Source of the DNA: Solilutibacter pythonis
GTDB lineage: Bacteria; Pseudomonadota; Gammaproteobacteria; Xanthomonadales; Xanthomonadaceae
Reading direction: 5' to 3'
DNA: 64,000 bases
Assembly (NCBI RefSeq): GCF_003697345.1
Contig: NZ_RFLY01000010.1
Location: forward strand, 40,070-104,069
Below, piece after piece: positions 1 to 10,831 of this stretch; the first letter of the stretch is position 1, and each line of letters starts with the position of its first letter. The position numbers and the translations under genes were made by a program. Below the pieces are notes generated by a model. The model saw only the letters and a list, made by a program, of their open reading frames with translations, ran no database searches and was not told the origin of the DNA.

Positions 1-483
1 GCGGCCAGACCACGTCGGTACCGATGGCGGCGGCCAAACGGCCTTCGTCGCCCTCGGCCCCGATCAGCGGACGCGCGTCCATCAAGGCGGTCTGGGTGCT
101 GAGGTCGGCGGCCGCGGCTTCACCGGTGGCGGCCAGCGAACGCACCGCGTGCGAGACCGCCACGCCGGCATCCCACAATTCGGCGATGAAACTGGCGATG
201 GCCTCGCGCGCCGCCTGTTGCGCGGCCTCTTCGCCGACGATCAGCAGATCGACGTCCGACTGCGGGTACAGACTACGCCGCCCATAGCCGCCGACGGCGA
301 ACAGTGACAAAGCGGCATTCGCGGGCAGGCAACGCGCCCAGGCTTCGCCAATCAGCGCATCCATACCATCGGCGCGGGAACGCGCCAGTCGATGCGCCGG
401 CTCGCCGGCATCGAAGCGCACGGCGAGCCGCTCGTCCAGCGCGACCAAACGCGCCCGCGCGGCGTCGGCGTGCGGGCGGCTCA
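1..483 (-). CDS. glnD: PII uridylyltransferase GlnD, N-terminal part (gene continues beyond window start)
   Basis: Reverse-strand translation gives ...LFAVGGYGRRSLYPQSDVDLLIVGEE..., the GlnD nucleotidyltransferase signature. The candidate GTG start overlaps the map stop (GTGA). The glnD-map adjacency matches the E. coli order. Confidence 0.75.
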
Positions 484-1257
484 CGCCGGCGGTGGCGAAC
501 CGGCGGAAAGAGTGAGCACGTCGAAGCCATCCTCGGTGACGGCGATCATGTGTTCCCACTGCGCCGAGAGCTTGCGATCCTTGGTGACGACGGTCCAGCC
601 ATCGGGCAGAAGCTTGGAGTGGCGACCGCCTTCGTTGATCATCGGCTCGATGGTGAAGGTCATGCCGGGCTTGAGCACGGTGCCCTCGCCGGGCCGACCG
701 TAGTGCAGTACCTGCGGGTCTTCGTGGTACACGCGGCCAATGCCGTGTCCGCAGTATTCGCGCACCACGCTGAAACGCTCGCCTTCCGCGAAGCTCTGGA
801 TGGCATGGCCGATGTCGCCCAGGGTCGCGCCCGGACGCACCTGGCGGATGCCGCGCCACATCGCCTCGTAAGTCGCCTCGACCAGCCGCCGCGCCATCAC
901 CGAGGGCGTGCCGGCGTGGTACATGCGGCTGGTGTCGCCATGCCAGCCATCCTTGATGACGGTGACGTCGATGTTGACGATGTCGCCATCCTTCAGCACC
1001 TTCGCTTCGCTCGGGATGCCGTGGCAGATCACGTTGTTGACCGAGGTGCACAAGGTCTTCGGGAAACCGCGATAGCCGACGTTCGCCGGTGTCGCCTTCT
1101 GCACCTTGACGATGTGCTCATAGGCGATGCGGTCGAGCTCCTCGGTGCTGACGCCCGGGCGGACGTGCTCGCTCATCAGGTCCAGCACCTCGGCGGCCAA
1201 TCGGCCGGCCTGGCGCATCTTCTCGATTTCTTCGGGCGTTTTGAAAGTGATACTCAT
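481..1257 (-). CDS. map: methionine aminopeptidase type I
   Basis: 258-aa ORF with the MAP core metal-ligand motifs (…GHGIG…, …NEGG…). Divergent from rpsB, as in other gammaproteobacteria. Confidence 0.95.
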   Translation of the reverse strand: MSITFKTPEEIEKMRQAGRLAAEVLDLMSEHVRPGVSTEELDRIAYEHIVKVQKATPANVGYRGFPKTLCTSVNNVICHGIPSEAKVLKDGDIVNIDVTVIKDGWHGDTSRMYHAGTPSVMARRLVEATYEAMWRGIRQVRPGATLGDIGHAIQSFAEGERFSVVREYCGHGIGRVYHEDPQVLHYGRPGEGTVLKPGMTFTIEPMINEGGRHSKLLPDGWTVVTKDRKLSAQWEHMIAVTEDGFDVLTLSAGSPPPA

Positions 1258-1350
1258 CTCGTCATTATCCCCTACCCGCCCCGGGGATGCAGAATCAAGG
1301 ATGGCCGGGCGCGCGCCCGGCCATCGGATCGGTGCGATGCGGCGGGGCGC

Positions 1351-1842
1351 TTACTGAATCGCGTAACCGGCCACACGCCAGGTGGCGTTTTCGTCGAGAT
1401 GGAAACTGACCAGTTCCGCCACCGTCTTGCCGCCCGAGAAGCGGGTAGCGAAACGCACGCTGACGTACATGCCGGGCGGCGGCGCCTGCCTGCCACCGGC
1501 CGCATCGACCTGCTGGCGGATGACCGACAGCCACACCCGCGATTGCGGCTGACCCAGCGCGGCGCGCGAAGCCGCGACCTGGCGGATGAAGGCATCCTTG
1601 CCCATCGCCTTCTTGGCAACGCTGGAGCCGCCCTCCCACACGTCTCCGGCACGGTTGGCATCCACCAGTTGGGCGGCTTGCAAGGCCGCCATCACCATGC
1701 TGTTGGGATCGACCTCCCCAGGCGCCGGGCGCTGGACTTGCGGCCGCTGCTGCTGCGCCTGCGCGGCCGGCGGTGGCTGCCGCGCCATCGCCAGCGGGCC
1801 GAGCGAAAGCAGAAGCACGAGGGGGACAAGGATTCTTTTCAT
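1351..1842 (-). CDS. secreted hypothetical protein (signal peptide; possibly DUF4019-like)
   Basis: 163-aa ORF with N-terminal MKRILVPLVLLLSLGPLAMA signal peptide. The Q/P-rich linker is low-complexity. The family assignment is from memory only. Confidence 0.55.
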   Translation of the reverse strand: MKRILVPLVLLLSLGPLAMARQPPPAAQAQQQRPQVQRPAPGEVDPNSMVMAALQAAQLVDANRAGDVWEGGSSVAKKAMGKDAFIRQVAASRAALGQPQSRVWLSVIRQQVDAAGGRQAPPPGMYVSVRFATRFSGGKTVAELVSFHLDENATWRVAGYAIQ

Positions 1843-1857
1843 GGTTTCTCCCGGGAG

Positions 1858-2679
1858 TTAAGGGATGGGGTCAACCACCTTGATGCTGGCGCGCACTTCG
1901 ACTCGCCGGTCCGGCGCAAGGCACTTGACCTTTGCCGGGCGCGGCAGATTATCGCTGCAACTGGCCACCGGATTACCCGCACCGATACCGATGGCGCGAA
2001 TCCGCACCGACGGCACGCCTTCCGAAATCAACAGGCTTCGCACCGACTCCGCGCGCGCCTGGGCAAGCGCCAGGTTCGATGCCGAGCTGCCGATGCGATC
2101 GGCATAGGCCAGCACCTCCACGCTCTCGGTATCCGGCCCCGCCAGGCGGCGGGCCAGTTCCACCAGGCGACGACGCCCCTCCGGGTTGATGTCCTCCACC
2201 GCCGAACGACCGAAGCCGAATAAAGCGTCGTCCTCCAGCATCTTGCGTCCGCCTGCCGCCACGGCACCGGCCAGTGCGGGTGCGACCGCCAGCATTTCGG
2301 CGCAACCGGCGGGTTGCCAGTGGAAACTGCGCCCCCGGTACTGGCTGTCGAAGATCACTTTGTATTGGCAGGTGCGCACCTGCCCGCCATCGCGGAAGTT
2401 GAACAGATAGTCCCACTCGCGCACCTTGCCAAAGCCTTCGCGGAAATGCGGCCGCCCCAGCAGGTCGTAGAGCTGATCCTTGGTAACGCCGGATTCCACC
2501 AGCCGCAGGTTGTCCAGGTTGGGAAAGGTGCCGCCCGCCAGGGTGGCCCTGGCCGGATCGGGGAAACGCACCTCCCCGGCCACGCCTTCGGGTGAGATGT
2601 CGCGGCTGACGTGGGTCGTGCAACCGGCCATGACGGCTGCGGCGATGGCGGCCAACGGGATATTGATTTTCGTCTTCAT
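1858..2679 (-). CDS. OmpA-family lipoprotein with N-terminal BamE/SmpA-OmlA-like domain
   Basis: Internal start MKTKINIPLAAIAAAVMAGC carries a lipobox. The VTKDQLYDLLGRPHF motif is BamE-like. The C-terminus has an OmpA_C peptidoglycan-binding signature (…NLALAQARAESVRSLL…RRVEV…). The gene lies 23 bp downstream of the adhesin gene. Confidence 0.8.
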   Translation of the reverse strand: MKTKINIPLAAIAAAVMAGCTTHVSRDISPEGVAGEVRFPDPARATLAGGTFPNLDNLRLVESGVTKDQLYDLLGRPHFREGFGKVREWDYLFNFRDGGQVRTCQYKVIFDSQYRGRSFHWQPAGCAEMLAVAPALAGAVAAGGRKMLEDDALFGFGRSAVEDINPEGRRRLVELARRLAGPDTESVEVLAYADRIGSSASNLALAQARAESVRSLLISEGVPSVRIRAIGIGAGNPVASCSDNLPRPAKVKCLAPDRRVEVRASIKVVDPIP

Positions 2680-2702
2680 GTCTCTGCTCCTGTTTCCACG
2701 GC

Positions 2703-5700
2703 TCACCACTGCACGCCCATGCCAGCGGAGAAGCCCCAATCTTTCGCGGTATTGCCGCTGGCCTGCGCCTTGTAGACCCAGGTGCCGTTCTCACTGATGC
2801 CGGAGAGGCCAACGGCGATACCGTACTGGCCCTGATAGCCGCCAACGCCCGCCGAAAGCATGCTCTTGCCCGGCAGATACGCCTGCGGAAGACCCGCCAT
2901 CGCCATCGCCGAGGCGGTGGCGCCACGGAAATCGCGCCGCAATGTCCATACGTCGTTGCTCAGGTCGTTGAAGCGCTGGTCGGTATACGCATTGGCCTTG
3001 TTCAGGGTGTCGCTCAAGCCGGCTTTCAACTGGCCGACATTGACCGCATCGGTGGGGGCTACGCCGGCGGCGACATTGCGCACTAGGGTGGGCCCGGTAC
3101 CGCCCGGGTTCAACGTCATGCTGTTGTAGTTCACGCTGCCATCGGGGTTCTTGTCGTACTGCACGCCACCGGCGGCATAACCCTTCAACTGGTTGAGGTT
3201 GACCGCATCGGTACCGTTGACGCCCGGCGCCACGTTGGTGATACGACGCTCCGCACCGATGCCGCCGACCGACACCACGTTGTCCTCGACCGCGGTGGAG
3301 CCGGCGCCGATCGCGATACTGCTGCTGCCGGTGGCCCGCGCGCCCTGGCCGATGGCCGTGCTGTTGGCGCCATCGGCCACCGACTGATTACCGACCGCGG
3401 TGCTGTTATTGCCGCTGGCCACCGCGTCGCTGCCGCCCGCCGCCGAGTTGGCGCCCGTCGGGGCCGGCGCCTTGCCGCCGGGCTGGTTCACTTGGAACAT
3501 GCCGGCCGCGCCGTTCTGGATGGCCGCGATGTTGACCTCACTGGCATCCACGCGGTTGGCGAGATTGTTGATGTTGGACGTCACGCCATCCACGCGCCCG
3601 GAAAGATCGGTGACACGGCCGTCCACCGCTTCCACCGCCCGATGGGCGGCATGCAGCTGGCTGCCGTTGACCGCATCGGTGCTGTCGGCGCTGATGCGAC
3701 CGGCCGCCACGTTGACCAGGACACGCTCCATCCCCACCGCGCCGATGCTGAGCACCGCATGTGGATTGGCGCCGGCATAGCGGTAGTCCACCCCGGCAAT
3801 GGTGCCGCTCGGTGTGGCGACGGCATCGGTGGTGCGCGCGCCGTTGCCCAGCGCGATCGAGCCATCATGTGAAGCCAACGCATCCTTGCCGATGGCGATC
3901 GCATCGGTTCCGGTCGCGCCATCATTGTCATAATTGCCGCCGCCAATGGAGTTGACGCCGTAGTAATGCGTCTTGACCTCCATCGAGGCGGCGTTGAGCT
4001 GGGCCAGGTTCACCGCATCGGTCGGATTGATGCCCGTGCCGACATGGGTGATCGGCTGGCCGCCGGCATCGATCCCAGCCACGGTGAGGCTCGGGCCACC
4101 GGCGATGGTCAGGCCGTTGGCATTCAACAGCGTCCCGCCCGTGGTCAGGCTGTCGACGCTCAGATTGCGATTGAGCGCGACCTCCACCTTGCCCTCCTGA
4201 TCCGCGCCCGTCTGGCGGATGGTCACGTTCTCGTCCCCGGTGAACGTGACCCGGCCATCCGGCGTGATGCGCGCTTGATTGCCGTTGGCATCCAGCACCG
4301 TCCAACCGGCATTGACCAGGTTGCCGACGGCGTTCAACTGGCTCATGTTGACCGCGTCGGTGGGGTTCACGCCGGCGCCGACATTGGCAATCGGCATGCC
4401 GCCGGCATCGATACCGGACACGGTGATGCTCGGCCCACCGGCCACGGCAAGGCCGTTGGCATCCAGCGTGGTGCTGTTGGCGCCATCGCTCATCTCCACG
4501 CGCGCCGCGCCATAGCGGGCCACTTTGCCAGCACCGTCATCAACGCTCAGGCCGTTGGTATCCATCACGGTGTTGCCAGTGGTGATGCTGGTCAGCGTCA
4601 GGTCGGAGTTGAGACCGAAGGTCACGTTGTTGTCAGCCGCCGACTTCGTCACCTTGAGATTGCCATCGGTGCTCGACAGATCCACCGTCGCACCCGGCGC
4701 CACGTTGCTGCCGTCGGCTCCCTGCGCCGTCAGGCGCCAGCCCGCGGAGGCCGTCGCGCTCACCGCGCCGATCGCTTCGCTCACGTTGTCGTAGGTCTTG
4801 CCGCCAACGTTCAATACCGCCGTCACCGTGCCGGTGGCCGGGTCGTAAGTGGAGCCGCCGCCCAGCGCCGTGGCCGTCGTGTCACCCAGCTTCTGTACGG
4901 TCTGGTTGGTTTGGTAAAGCTGGCTACCGTTGACCGCATCGGTACTCGCGCTCGACAGCGCGCCCGCCGTCACCCCGGTGATCTTGCCGCCGCCATCGAC
5001 GTTGATGGTGACGCCGCCGAACTTCGGCGCATCCGCCATCTGGAGGTTGATCGCACCCGTCGTCGGATCGGTCACTGTCTTGAGGTTGCCGCCGCTGTAG
5101 CTCCCCGCCGTCGCCGCTTCTCCCTTGATCGCCAGCGTCTGTCCAAGGTCGCGATGCACTTCACCGGCACCGTTGTCGTTGCCGGTGAACTTCATGCCCT
5201 TGCTGGTCATGTCGCTCTTGGCCGTCTCCAACTGCGACAGGTTCACCGCGTCGTTGGCCGAGGTGCCGTTGGCCACGTTGTGGATTTGTGTCGCCGTGCC
5301 TCCTTTGTTCAGCGTGACGCTGTTGGAGTTGACCGTGCCATCCGCATTGAGGTCGTACTGCACCGCGCGATTGCCCAGCGCGCTCACCGCCTGGTTCGTC
5401 GCATGCAACTGGCTGCCGTTGACCGCCTGATTGCTGGTCGCGCTCACCTCGCCCGCCGCCACGTTGTGAATCGTCGTCGCCGCCGCCCCTGGATTCATCG
5501 TGACGCGGGCATAGTCCACCTCGCCCGGGTCCACCTCGCCATTGCCGTTGGTGTCGGTCCAGTCGTACTTCACCGCACGCTCGTTCGCCGCGCTGGCCGT
5601 AGCCGCCACGGTATTGAGCTGCGACAAGTTCACCGCATCGGTGGCGGAAACGCCGTTGGCCACGTTGCCGATGATTTTGTTGCCGGCGTCGATGCCGGCC

Positions 5701-8700
5701 GTGGTCACACTGGGGCCACCGGCAATGGTCAATCCATTGCTGTTGACGGTAGTGCCTCCATTGGTCAAGCCATTGGTATCGATCCGCGTGTTGCCGGCGG
5801 TCACACTGGTGATAGTCAGGTCGGGGTTCAGGCCGAAGGTCACGTTGTTGTCAGTCGCCGACTTCGTCACCTTGAGATTGCCATCGGTGCTCGACAGATC
5901 CACCGTCGCGCCCGGGGCCACGTTGCTGCCGTTGGCCCCCTGCGCGGTCAGGTTCCAGCCCGCGGAGGCCGTCGCGTTCACCGCGCCAATCGCGTCGTTC
6001 ACGCTGTTGTAGGTCTTACCACCCACGTTCAGCACCGTGGTCACCGTGCCGTCGGCATTCGCGGTCGAGTTGCCGCCCATGCCACTGGCCAGACTGCTAG
6101 CTACGTTGTTCACCGATTGGTTGGTCGTATACAACTGACTGCCGTTGACCGCATCGGTGCTGGCAGCCGACAGCGTGCCCGCCGCCACGCCGGTGATGGT
6201 ATTGCCGCCGTTGTCGAGACCCACGTTCGTCAAACTCACCGGGCCCTTCGGGCCACCACTGACCGTTACGCCGCCGTTGTTCAGCACCGTGTTGCCGGCG
6301 GTCACACTGGTGATAGTCAGGTCGGACGTGGTTGCGATCGTCAGTTTGTTCGGGTCGGTGCCGTCGCGCGTCACGGCAATGTTGTTGCCTTGCTGCACAG
6401 TCACCGTGCCACCCGAAGCGACATTGCTCGCCGCATCGCCGTTGGCACTGAGATTCCAGCCTGCGGAGGCCGTCGCGTTCACCGCATCGACCGCCTCGTT
6501 CACGCTGTTGTAAGTCTTGCCGCCAACGTTCAATATCGCCGTCACCGCGCCGGTGGCGGGATCATAAGTGGAACCGCCACCCAACGCCTTGACCGTTGTA
6601 TTGCCCAGGTTTTGCACCGTTTGGTTGGTCTGGTACAACTGGCTGCCGTTGACCGCATCGGTACTCGCGCTCGACAGCGTGCCCGCCGTCACGCCGGTGA
6701 TCTTGCCGCCGCCATCGACGTTGATGGTGACGCCGCCGAACTTCGGCGCATCCGCCATCTGGAGGTTGATCGCACCCGTCGTCGGATCGGTCACTGTCTT
6801 GAGGTTGCCGCCGCTGTAATTGCCGGCCGAGCTCGCCCCGCCCTGGATCGCCAGCGTCTCGCCCAGGTTGCGGTGCACGTCGCCGGCGGTCTTGTCGTTG
6901 CCGGTGAACTTCATACCCTTGCTGGTCATGTCGCTCTTGGCCGTCTCCAACTGCGACAGATTCACCGCGTCGTTGGCCGAGGTGCCGTTGGCCACGTTGC
7001 CTATCCGCGTACCCGTTCCTGCCGAACCAAGCGTGATGCTGCCGCGGTTGACCGTTCCGTCCGTATTGACGTCGTACTGCACCGCGCGATTGCCCAGCGC
7101 GCTCACCGCCTGGTTCGTCGCAAACAGCTGGCTGCCGTTCACCGCATCCGTGCTGCTGGCGCTCACCTGCCCCGCCGCCACGTTGACGATCTGTCGCTCC
7201 TTGCCCGCCGCGCCCACGCTCACCACGCCATTGGCCGCCGAACCGACGCCGGCGTAGTTGTAGGTCACGCCATTGATGCTGGTGCTACTCACCGCCGTGG
7301 CCGCGCGGTCGGCGCTAGCATTACCCAATACCACGCTGTTGGCCTGCGTGGCGGTTACGCCATTGCCCACCACGAAGGTGTTGTCCTGCGCGATGGTGTT
7401 GTTGTTGCCAAGTGCATAACTTCCGCTGCCCTTGACGGTATTCGGGTCACCAATAGCGCCGGAGTTAGCGCCACTAACCTGATTGCCAGTACCGATAGCG
7501 ATAGTGTTCCCGGCAATGGCTTGCGCACCCTTACCGATGGCAATAGCGTTGGCCCCGGTGGTTACGCTGGAATCACCAATGGCCACACCGCTGGTAGCTC
7601 CCGCATTGACCCGAGAAGACACACCCAACGCAACGGAATTATTGGCTGCCGCATAAGCACCCCGATTCGCCGAGGTGGATGTCCCCGCCTGCGGGGTATT
7701 CGCCGCCCCTCCCATGGCAATGGCATTGATAACGTTGGGCGCAACGACAGCGCGGGCACCTACCGCGGTACTGTAATTACCCCCCTGCAACACCTGCGCA
7801 TTGGCGCCGATGGCGGTACCAGAATCCACGGAACCATAACTTATCGCACCCAATGCCGTTCGGCCGACAGCGCTACTAAAACCAACGGCCGATGAATTTT
7901 TCGACCCGACACCAATCACTATACCGGCCCCCACCCCCATGCTTTGCGTACCTTGAACATTTGCCAGATCACCAATCGCGATCGTCCTGAAATCAGCCTC
8001 ACTCGGCACTACGACACCTGATTTTCCTGACACAGATCCCGACCCAATGGCTATGCCATTGATAGCATATACGCGAGCCCCTGAGTTCATATCATTCAGC
8101 AATTCATCCCCACCTTCATTATTTACATGACGACGCGAGCCAATGGCAATACCGCCAGCCGCACTCGCACTTGCGTTTGCGCCCGAACCCAGCGCAATAC
8201 TATTTCCAGCCTCCGCCTTAGCATTAATACCCGAATTGTCTCGCGCACCAATCGCAATGGATTTTTCGCCTCCTGCACTGGCCCCGTAACCCATCGAAAT
8301 AGATCGAGCACCGGAACTCCCTGCGCTCGAACCAACCGCAATGGCATCAACACCAGACGCACCATCGTTATCGTAGTTGCTACCCACTCCGGTTACGGAA
8401 GAGCGAACACTGTAGTAGTGCATCTGCCCAGACCCAAGTGTGTTGGCAACGGCATATAGTTGAGAACCATTGACGGCATCGGTACTGGCGGCGGTGAGCG
8501 CGCCGGCGGCCACGTTCTTCACCTGACGCTCGTAACCGGCAGCGCCCACCGAAACCTGCATGCCGGAATCACCCACGGTACCCGCGAAACCAGTGAAAGT
8601 ACGCCCACCAATGACCGCGGTATCGATATCGGCGGCATCGGTACCGGTGGTGGCGCCGGTACCCAGCGCCACCGAACCGGTCTTGCTGGCAATGGCCGAG

Positions 8701-9437
8701 CCGCCCAACGCCAGCGCCCCGGTACCGGTGGCGAAGGAATTGAACCCGAGCACGGTGGAAAAATCCCCCTGCGCCTGGGATTGCGCGCCAACCGCGAGCG
8801 ATGCCTGGCCGGTGGCGCTGGTGCCGTAATAAATACCGTTCTTATCCGCCGCCATGAGGTTGCGGTAGGTGTCGTTGGCCCGAGCACCGGTCAAGCCGAA
8901 ATAAGGCTCCAGTGTGCTATTGGTGATCTCCGCGATCTTGCGCGCATCGACCGTATCGTCGCTACCGATGGCAATACCGGAGTTGCCGGTGACAACGACA
9001 TTGTTGCCCACGGCCACCGATTGGGAAACGGTAACGTAGTTTACCGAACCGATCACGGTGACTTGTTCAAGCGGGTCACCGGTCGTACCAACGTACGAAC
9101 CCTGATAGCAGACGCCACTCCTGCGAACCGTGGAAGTGGCCAGCGGGGTGGATCCATGCCAGTTGCAGTCGTCGCCCACATCGCTGCTTTTCTCTTTCAG
9201 CAACGGGATACTGGACACTGGCGTGACCGTCTGCGCCCAAGCGACACCGCCACCGGCCAGCCCACAGAAAAGAAGTAGGGCGGGCACCATCGCCCGGCAG
9301 AGAGGCGTCATCAGTGTCAGACATTGACGCTTCTCAACCACTGCGCCAGAGCCTCCCATATGCCCCGTCGCCAGTTCGGAGGCGACGACCATCGCGCCTA
9401 ATTCACGGCTCCATACGAGACGATATATCTTGTTCAC
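2703..9437 (-). CDS. trimeric autotransporter adhesin (YadA/Hia-like), 2244 aa
   Basis: The N-terminus has the extended signal peptide region MNKIYRLVWSRELGAMVVASELA. The passenger has many Ylhead/neck/stalk repeats (SVALG, NSTAVG, DAVNGSQLY, AVNLSQL). The C-terminal YadA membrane anchor ends ...YKAQASGNTAKDWGFSAGMGVQW. Confidence 0.9.
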   Translation of the reverse strand: MNKIYRLVWSRELGAMVVASELATGHMGGSGAVVEKRQCLTLMTPLCRAMVPALLLFCGLAGGGVAWAQTVTPVSSIPLLKEKSSDVGDDCNWHGSTPLATSTVRRSGVCYQGSYVGTTGDPLEQVTVIGSVNYVTVSQSVAVGNNVVVTGNSGIAIGSDDTVDARKIAEITNSTLEPYFGLTGARANDTYRNLMAADKNGIYYGTSATGQASLAVGAQSQAQGDFSTVLGFNSFATGTGALALGGSAIASKTGSVALGTGATTGTDAADIDTAVIGGRTFTGFAGTVGDSGMQVSVGAAGYERQVKNVAAGALTAASTDAVNGSQLYAVANTLGSGQMHYYSVRSSVTGVGSNYDNDGASGVDAIAVGSSAGSSGARSISMGYGASAGGEKSIAIGARDNSGINAKAEAGNSIALGSGANASASAAGGIAIGSRRHVNNEGGDELLNDMNSGARVYAINGIAIGSGSVSGKSGVVVPSEADFRTIAIGDLANVQGTQSMGVGAGIVIGVGSKNSSAVGFSSAVGRTALGAISYGSVDSGTAIGANAQVLQGGNYSTAVGARAVVAPNVINAIAMGGAANTPQAGTSTSANRGAYAAANNSVALGVSSRVNAGATSGVAIGDSSVTTGANAIAIGKGAQAIAGNTIAIGTGNQVSGANSGAIGDPNTVKGSGSYALGNNNTIAQDNTFVVGNGVTATQANSVVLGNASADRAATAVSSTSINGVTYNYAGVGSAANGVVSVGAAGKERQIVNVAAGQVSASSTDAVNGSQLFATNQAVSALGNRAVQYDVNTDGTVNRGSITLGSAGTGTRIGNVANGTSANDAVNLSQLETAKSDMTSKGMKFTGNDKTAGDVHRNLGETLAIQGGASSAGNYSGGNLKTVTDPTTGAINLQMADAPKFGGVTINVDGGGKITGVTAGTLSSASTDAVNGSQLYQTNQTVQNLGNTTVKALGGGSTYDPATGAVTAILNVGGKTYNSVNEAVDAVNATASAGWNLSANGDAASNVASGGTVTVQQGNNIAVTRDGTDPNKLTIATTSDLTITSVTAGNTVLNNGGVTVSGGPKGPVSLTNVGLDNGGNTITGVAAGTLSAASTDAVNGSQLYTTNQSVNNVASSLASGMGGNSTANADGTVTTVLNVGGKTYNSVNDAIGAVNATASAGWNLTAQGANGSNVAPGATVDLSSTDGNLKVTKSATDNNVTFGLNPDLTITSVTAGNTRIDTNGLTNGGTTVNSNGLTIAGGPSVTTAGIDAGNKIIGNVANGVSATDAVNLSQLNTVAATASAANERAVKYDWTDTNGNGEVDPGEVDYARVTMNPGAAATTIHNVAAGEVSATSNQAVNGSQLHATNQAVSALGNRAVQYDLNADGTVNSNSVTLNKGGTATQIHNVANGTSANDAVNLSQLETAKSDMTSKGMKFTGNDNGAGEVHRDLGQTLAIKGEAATAGSYSGGNLKTVTDPTTGAINLQMADAPKFGGVTINVDGGGKITGVTAGALSSASTDAVNGSQLYQTNQTVQKLGDTTATALGGGSTYDPATGTVTAVLNVGGKTYDNVSEAIGAVSATASAGWRLTAQGADGSNVAPGATVDLSSTDGNLKVTKSAADNNVTFGLNSDLTLTSITTGNTVMDTNGLSVDDGAGKVARYGAARVEMSDGANSTTLDANGLAVAGGPSITVSGIDAGGMPIANVGAGVNPTDAVNMSQLNAVGNLVNAGWTVLDANGNQARITPDGRVTFTGDENVTIRQTGADQEGKVEVALNRNLSVDSLTTGGTLLNANGLTIAGGPSLTVAGIDAGGQPITHVGTGINPTDAVNLAQLNAASMEVKTHYYGVNSIGGGNYDNDGATGTDAIAIGKDALASHDGSIALGNGARTTDAVATPSGTIAGVDYRYAGANPHAVLSIGAVGMERVLVNVAAGRISADSTDAVNGSQLHAAHRAVEAVDGRVTDLSGRVDGVTSNINNLANRVDASEVNIAAIQNGAAGMFQVNQPGGKAPAPTGANSAAGGSDAVASGNNSTAVGNQSVADGANSTAIGQGARATGSSSIAIGAGSTAVEDNVVSVGGIGAERRITNVAPGVNGTDAVNLNQLKGYAAGGVQYDKNPDGSVNYNSMTLNPGGTGPTLVRNVAAGVAPTDAVNVGQLKAGLSDTLNKANAYTDQRFNDLSNDVWTLRRDFRGATASAMAMAGLPQAYLPGKSMLSAGVGGYQGQYGIAVGLSGISENGTWVYKAQASGNTAKDWGFSAGMGVQW

Positions 9438-9454
9438 GGCAAATCTCCAGGTAA

Positions 9455-9560
9455 TGAAGTTAACGAATACGAGGGGAAGAGCGTCAAAGTAAAAATATGA
9501 CGCAATTTTTATTCAAGAAAAATTGAAGCAACCATCATGCCAACACCGTGACGGATGCCA
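9455..9560. promoter_or_regulatory. AT-rich putative promoter/regulatory region upstream of the adhesin gene (divergent from rpsB)
   Basis: A locally AT-rich tract (…gtcaaagtaaaaatatgacgcaatttttattcaagaaaaattgaagc…) in an otherwise ~70% GC window, immediately 5' of the adhesin start codon. Confidence 0.3.
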
Positions 9561-9881
9561 CAATTGATATGCCAACCCTCTCAGTTGCTGAACAAAATTT
9601 GAACATGTCGGCGCTCAATCCGTCCGCTGCCCACCGACCGCCATCGCCGTGTTAAATTGCCCGCCCCTGCCACGGCAGGCCGTCCACACCGCACGTCAGC
9701 GGTGAATACACACCTGCTGTTGCAACCCATGCCGGGGTGTCCTGTCACCATCCATCGATGGCCGCCGGGATCTGTCATGGAGGCCGCAGGGAGGCCCAAC
9801 CCCGGAACCACGCCCCTACCCGGGCGTCCGCCGTCCATTTCTTCCCGGCGGAGGTTCCATCACCTCTAAGGAAACCTAGCA

Positions 9882-10709
<828 letters not shown>

Positions 10710-10831
10710 TCACCGCGTCATCCGGCCATGCCAACGTGCATGGCTGGCCTTATCCCCGCAGCGCAGCCCTGCCCGGCGTTATCGCCGGCATGCCGCCCAG
10801 CGCTGCCGAGCAAACATATAAAGGAATCGCA

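Noticed and set aside
304-2223. 639-aa + strand ORF spanning glnD, map and two other genes
   Set aside because: It overlaps several strongly supported minus-strand genes. The translation is Arg/Ala-rich, typical of spurious ORFs in GC-rich DNA.
3966-7895. 1309-aa ORF on the + strand opposite the adhesin gene
   Set aside because: Antisense to a well-supported CDS. The translation is low-complexity Arg/Gly/Ala-rich, typical of spurious ORFs in ~70% GC repetitive DNA.
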